A DNA stretch of 45,828 nucleotides. It comes from Desulfobacteraceae bacterium (GTDB lineage Bacteria; Desulfobacterota; Desulfobacteria; Desulfobacterales; Desulfobacteraceae). Positions 43,717 to 45,828 of the stretch are shown here, piece after piece; position 1 is the first letter of the stretch; every line of letters begins with the position of its first letter. The position numbers were made by a program, and so were the translations under genes. The stretch lies in the NCBI GenBank assembly GCA_015493575.1, contig WGCX01000320.1, forward strand, positions 1-45,828. The letters run 5' to 3'. Under the pieces are notes generated by a model. That model was not told the DNA's origin and did not search any database. It saw nothing but the letters and a program-made list of their open reading frames with translations.

Positions 43717-43791
43717 AGTGCCTTACCCCTGAATTTCTGCAATAAAAAACAAGAAATTGAGGCAGGCACTGGGTTGCGGGCATCGCCCGCT
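43717..43791 (-). repeat. Family-2 element (inverted relative to the others)
   Basis: Lies between the decarboxylase stop and the PIN start. Flanked by TT/TT, which is AA on its own strand. Confidence 0.75.
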
Positions 43792-43815
43792 TTGGACTGT
43801 ATCTATCCAAGTCAA

Positions 43816-45474
43816 TTATTGCTTTTTACGTCGAAAAACAGAGAAGAAAATCTTTTCCTGCTCATCAAGAATTTCTTTCAGTATATTTATGTCGGTCATG
43901 GGATTCATGATGACTGACCTTAACACGACTATTCCGTATTTGTCTCCTGGTTTGCGTTTCAGCCTGGTCCTTGAAACAAAACTTTTTCCTGCTTCCCTTT
44001 GTTTCCTCTGCACTGTAATATTTATTTCATCAATGACCCTGTTGATTTTTATTTTTTCACGCAAACCAGAGCCTGATATTTTATTTTTCAGAGATGGCGG
44101 GGCGATTCTGTATGTCAGAATATTTGTTTCAGGCTTTGTCACAAGCTCAAAAAGCTCTCTTTTTGAAATTTCCGCAGCAAATTGAGCAGCAGTTTCTATC
44201 CCATGGTCAATCATCAGGGCATAGCCGCGGCTGCCCATGATTTTTAAAGCGCTGTCAAGTATCAGGGAATGTGCCTCCCGAGATCCTTCAAGTGATTTTA
44301 TTCCAAGGTCAACGCTTCCTGCACGGTTTACATAATTGGAGTGGTATGAGATGCAGTCAAGGGCACAGGGATTTTTAAAATAGATCATTCCGCTTGTCAT
44401 GGGAAGATAGAACTGCTTGTGTGCATCAATGGTCACAGAATCCGCGTTTTCAATTCCTTTTAAAAGATGGGCATATTTTTCGGAAAGCAGGACTGGTCCT
44501 CCCCATGCTGCATCCACATGGAAATTAATCGAGTGTTCCTCACACAGGTCTGCAATGTCACATAGAGGATCAATAGTGCCGGTTTCAGTTGCTCCTGCAA
44601 TCCCAACAATGGAAATTATTCCTGTTTTTCCATTTTTTTTAATGTCTTTTATAATGCCGTTGAGCTTTTTTATATCCATTTTCTGTTTTGCATCAACACC
44701 AACAGGAATAACGTTTTTATTTCCTATTCCAAGTATTCCTCCTGCTTTTTTAAGGGAGAAATGTCCCCTTTCAGAGACAAGTATAACAGCTTTTTCAAGG
44801 GAATATGAATGCATCGCAGCGATAAGGCCATCCTGTTCTATTCCCCTGAAGTTACTATCAGTATCAAGCTTGTCACGGGAAGAGAAAAAACGGTTTCTTG
44901 CCACCCACAGCGCAGTAAGATTTGCTGTGGTTCCACATGTTGTAAAATTTCCAAGGGAAGTATCAATACTCTGAACATGTCTTTTATAGAATTCATTGGA
45001 TTCTTTAAAAATAAGTCTGTGAATTTTTGCCAGGATCTGTCTTTCCAGGACAGATAACACCTTTGATGTCTCAAGTTTTACCACGTTCTGGTTTAAAGCC
45101 GCTGTAATGGCTTTTAAATGAACCATAAAAAAAGGAATAGCTGCCGTCATATGACCTACAAAATATGGAGAGGCAACATTTACCGCCCTTGGAGCTATTA
45201 CAGTGATGATATCAGAAATAACATCGGCAAGTTTTTTTTCCGGGTTTTTATTGATAATGGTATTTTGAAAACCAAGTGTAAGTTCCTTTAAACTGATCTC
45301 CTCTGTAATTCCCACATTGAATTTTAAAAAATCGTGCAGTCCAAAAAGGATCTGCTCCATATATTTAACAAGTGTTTTCCTGCACTCATCATCCTCGGGT
45401 CTTATAAAAATTCTTTCAAGGGTCTTCCAGTCAGCCACAAGGGATAAATTTTCTTTTTCATATCTGGTATTCAT
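43816..45474 (-). CDS. Group II PLP-dependent decarboxylase family protein
   Basis: 552 aa. The PLP-lysine block SVTIDAHKQFYLP, plus GTTANLTALWVARN and HVDAAWGG blocks, fit the Glu/Tyr/Asp decarboxylase fold. Confidence 0.85.
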   Translation of the reverse strand: MNTRYEKENLSLVADWKTLERIFIRPEDDECRKTLVKYMEQILFGLHDFLKFNVGITEEISLKELTLGFQNTIINKNPEKKLADVISDIITVIAPRAVNVASPYFVGHMTAAIPFFMVHLKAITAALNQNVVKLETSKVLSVLERQILAKIHRLIFKESNEFYKRHVQSIDTSLGNFTTCGTTANLTALWVARNRFFSSRDKLDTDSNFRGIEQDGLIAAMHSYSLEKAVILVSERGHFSLKKAGGILGIGNKNVIPVGVDAKQKMDIKKLNGIIKDIKKNGKTGIISIVGIAGATETGTIDPLCDIADLCEEHSINFHVDAAWGGPVLLSEKYAHLLKGIENADSVTIDAHKQFYLPMTSGMIYFKNPCALDCISYHSNYVNRAGSVDLGIKSLEGSREAHSLILDSALKIMGSRGYALMIDHGIETAAQFAAEISKRELFELVTKPETNILTYRIAPPSLKNKISGSGLREKIKINRVIDEINITVQRKQREAGKSFVSRTRLKRKPGDKYGIVVLRSVIMNPMTDINILKEILDEQEKIFFSVFRRKKQ

Positions 45475-45489
45475 ATCATATTTTCTTTT

Positions 45490-45602
45490 TTTTTTATAAG
45501 AAAGAGCTCATTTCTGACAGAGTCACGAATGCTCTTTTTATATTCGTTGTGAGGCGCTGGAACGTAGTCCAGATCTGCCTCATGGCAGTTATATGAAACT
45601 CC
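45490..45602 (+). repeat. Family-1 long-form repeat (about 113 nt)
   Basis: Starts 16 nt upstream of the decarboxylase ATG. Colinear with 12160-12272. Confidence 0.75.
45493..45520 (-). promoter_or_regulatory. Putative sigma-70 promoter carried by the family-1 long repeat (CTGTCA-N16-TATAAA, firing toward the decarboxylase)
   Basis: On the minus strand, CTGTCA is at 45520-45515 and TATAAA at 45498-45493. The decarboxylase ATG at 45474 lies about 20 nt downstream of the -10 hexamer. Confidence 0.35.
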
Positions 45603-45710
45603 TCATTGGTAATTAATTTTTGGATGGTCGCTAAATATCAGCGTTTAACATTTTATTTAAGTTTGACTATTATCAGATTTAAACCAAATTATCATTAAAA
45701 ATTATGTTTT

Positions 45711-45783
45711 GATGCTCTTTCCATGTTTGTTGTGAGGCTCCTCGGCGCAGTCCAGCTCGGCCTCATGGCAGCTTATATGAAAG
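45711..45783 (+). repeat. Family-1 long-form repeat, partial copy (right two-thirds)
   Basis: GATGCTCTTTCCATGTTTGTTGTGAGGC ... CCAGCTCGGCCTCATGGCAGCTTATATGAAAG. Same orientation as 45490-45602, about 110 nt further out. Confidence 0.6.
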
Positions 45784-45828
45784 AAATTTTAAATGTCATT
45801 ATTTCAATAAGTTACAGAACGGTACAAC

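Overview
This is a 45.8-kb AT-rich chromosomal window. I support about 44 protein-coding loci, with no rRNA, tRNA or CRISPR array. The gene content suggests a sulfate-reducing Desulfobacterales-type deltaproteobacterium, which is inference only: sigma-54 activators, many two-component genes, DASS and TauE anion transporters, and a UGA-recoded redox protein.

Housekeeping genes:
- parA-parB, with an IspH-UbiA fusion and a FapA/DUF342 gene downstream
- engB-era-HNH
- an aminotransferase, hisG and hisI
- PBP1A, tatD and an OmpA-like lipoprotein
- tpx

Signalling and transport genes:
- TauE, USP, HTH-EIIA, ClC channel, USP-like
- sigma-54 response regulator, histidine kinase, PPS-like phosphotransferase, DUF202-like receiver protein
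- DASS transporter and a cytidylate-kinase-like receiver fusion, divergent from TauE, DUF1634, a cytidylate-kinase-like paralog, histidine kinase, response regulator and a sigma-54 activator

Observations the ORF track does not explain:
1. An unannotated ArsC-family selenoprotein gene (14387-14731) has an in-frame UGA giving a UxxC motif, a SECIS-like hairpin and a terminator.
2. A 75-77-nt two-hairpin element, always flanked by AA, occurs five times. One copy splits a PIN toxin gene, and excising it restores the reading frame.
3. A small hairpin core (YGCC-NCAT-GGCR followed by TTATA) occurs at least 11 times, only between genes. Its stem shows compensatory changes and G-U wobbles on the transcribed strand. 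Its roughly 113-nt long form carries a TTGTCA-N16-TATAAA promoter-like module aimed at the adjacent gene.
4. A third short repeat family and a 163-nt multi-hairpin element closed by a 24-bp stem lie between genes.
5. Unusual proteins and clusters include an IspH-UbiA fusion, a 12-unit R-T heptad array in a DUF202-like receiver protein, a PPS-like swivel-histidine enzyme inside a two-component/sigma-54 cluster, and MshEN-like motifs on a FapA protein.

All family assignments come from motif recognition by eye. No database search was run.
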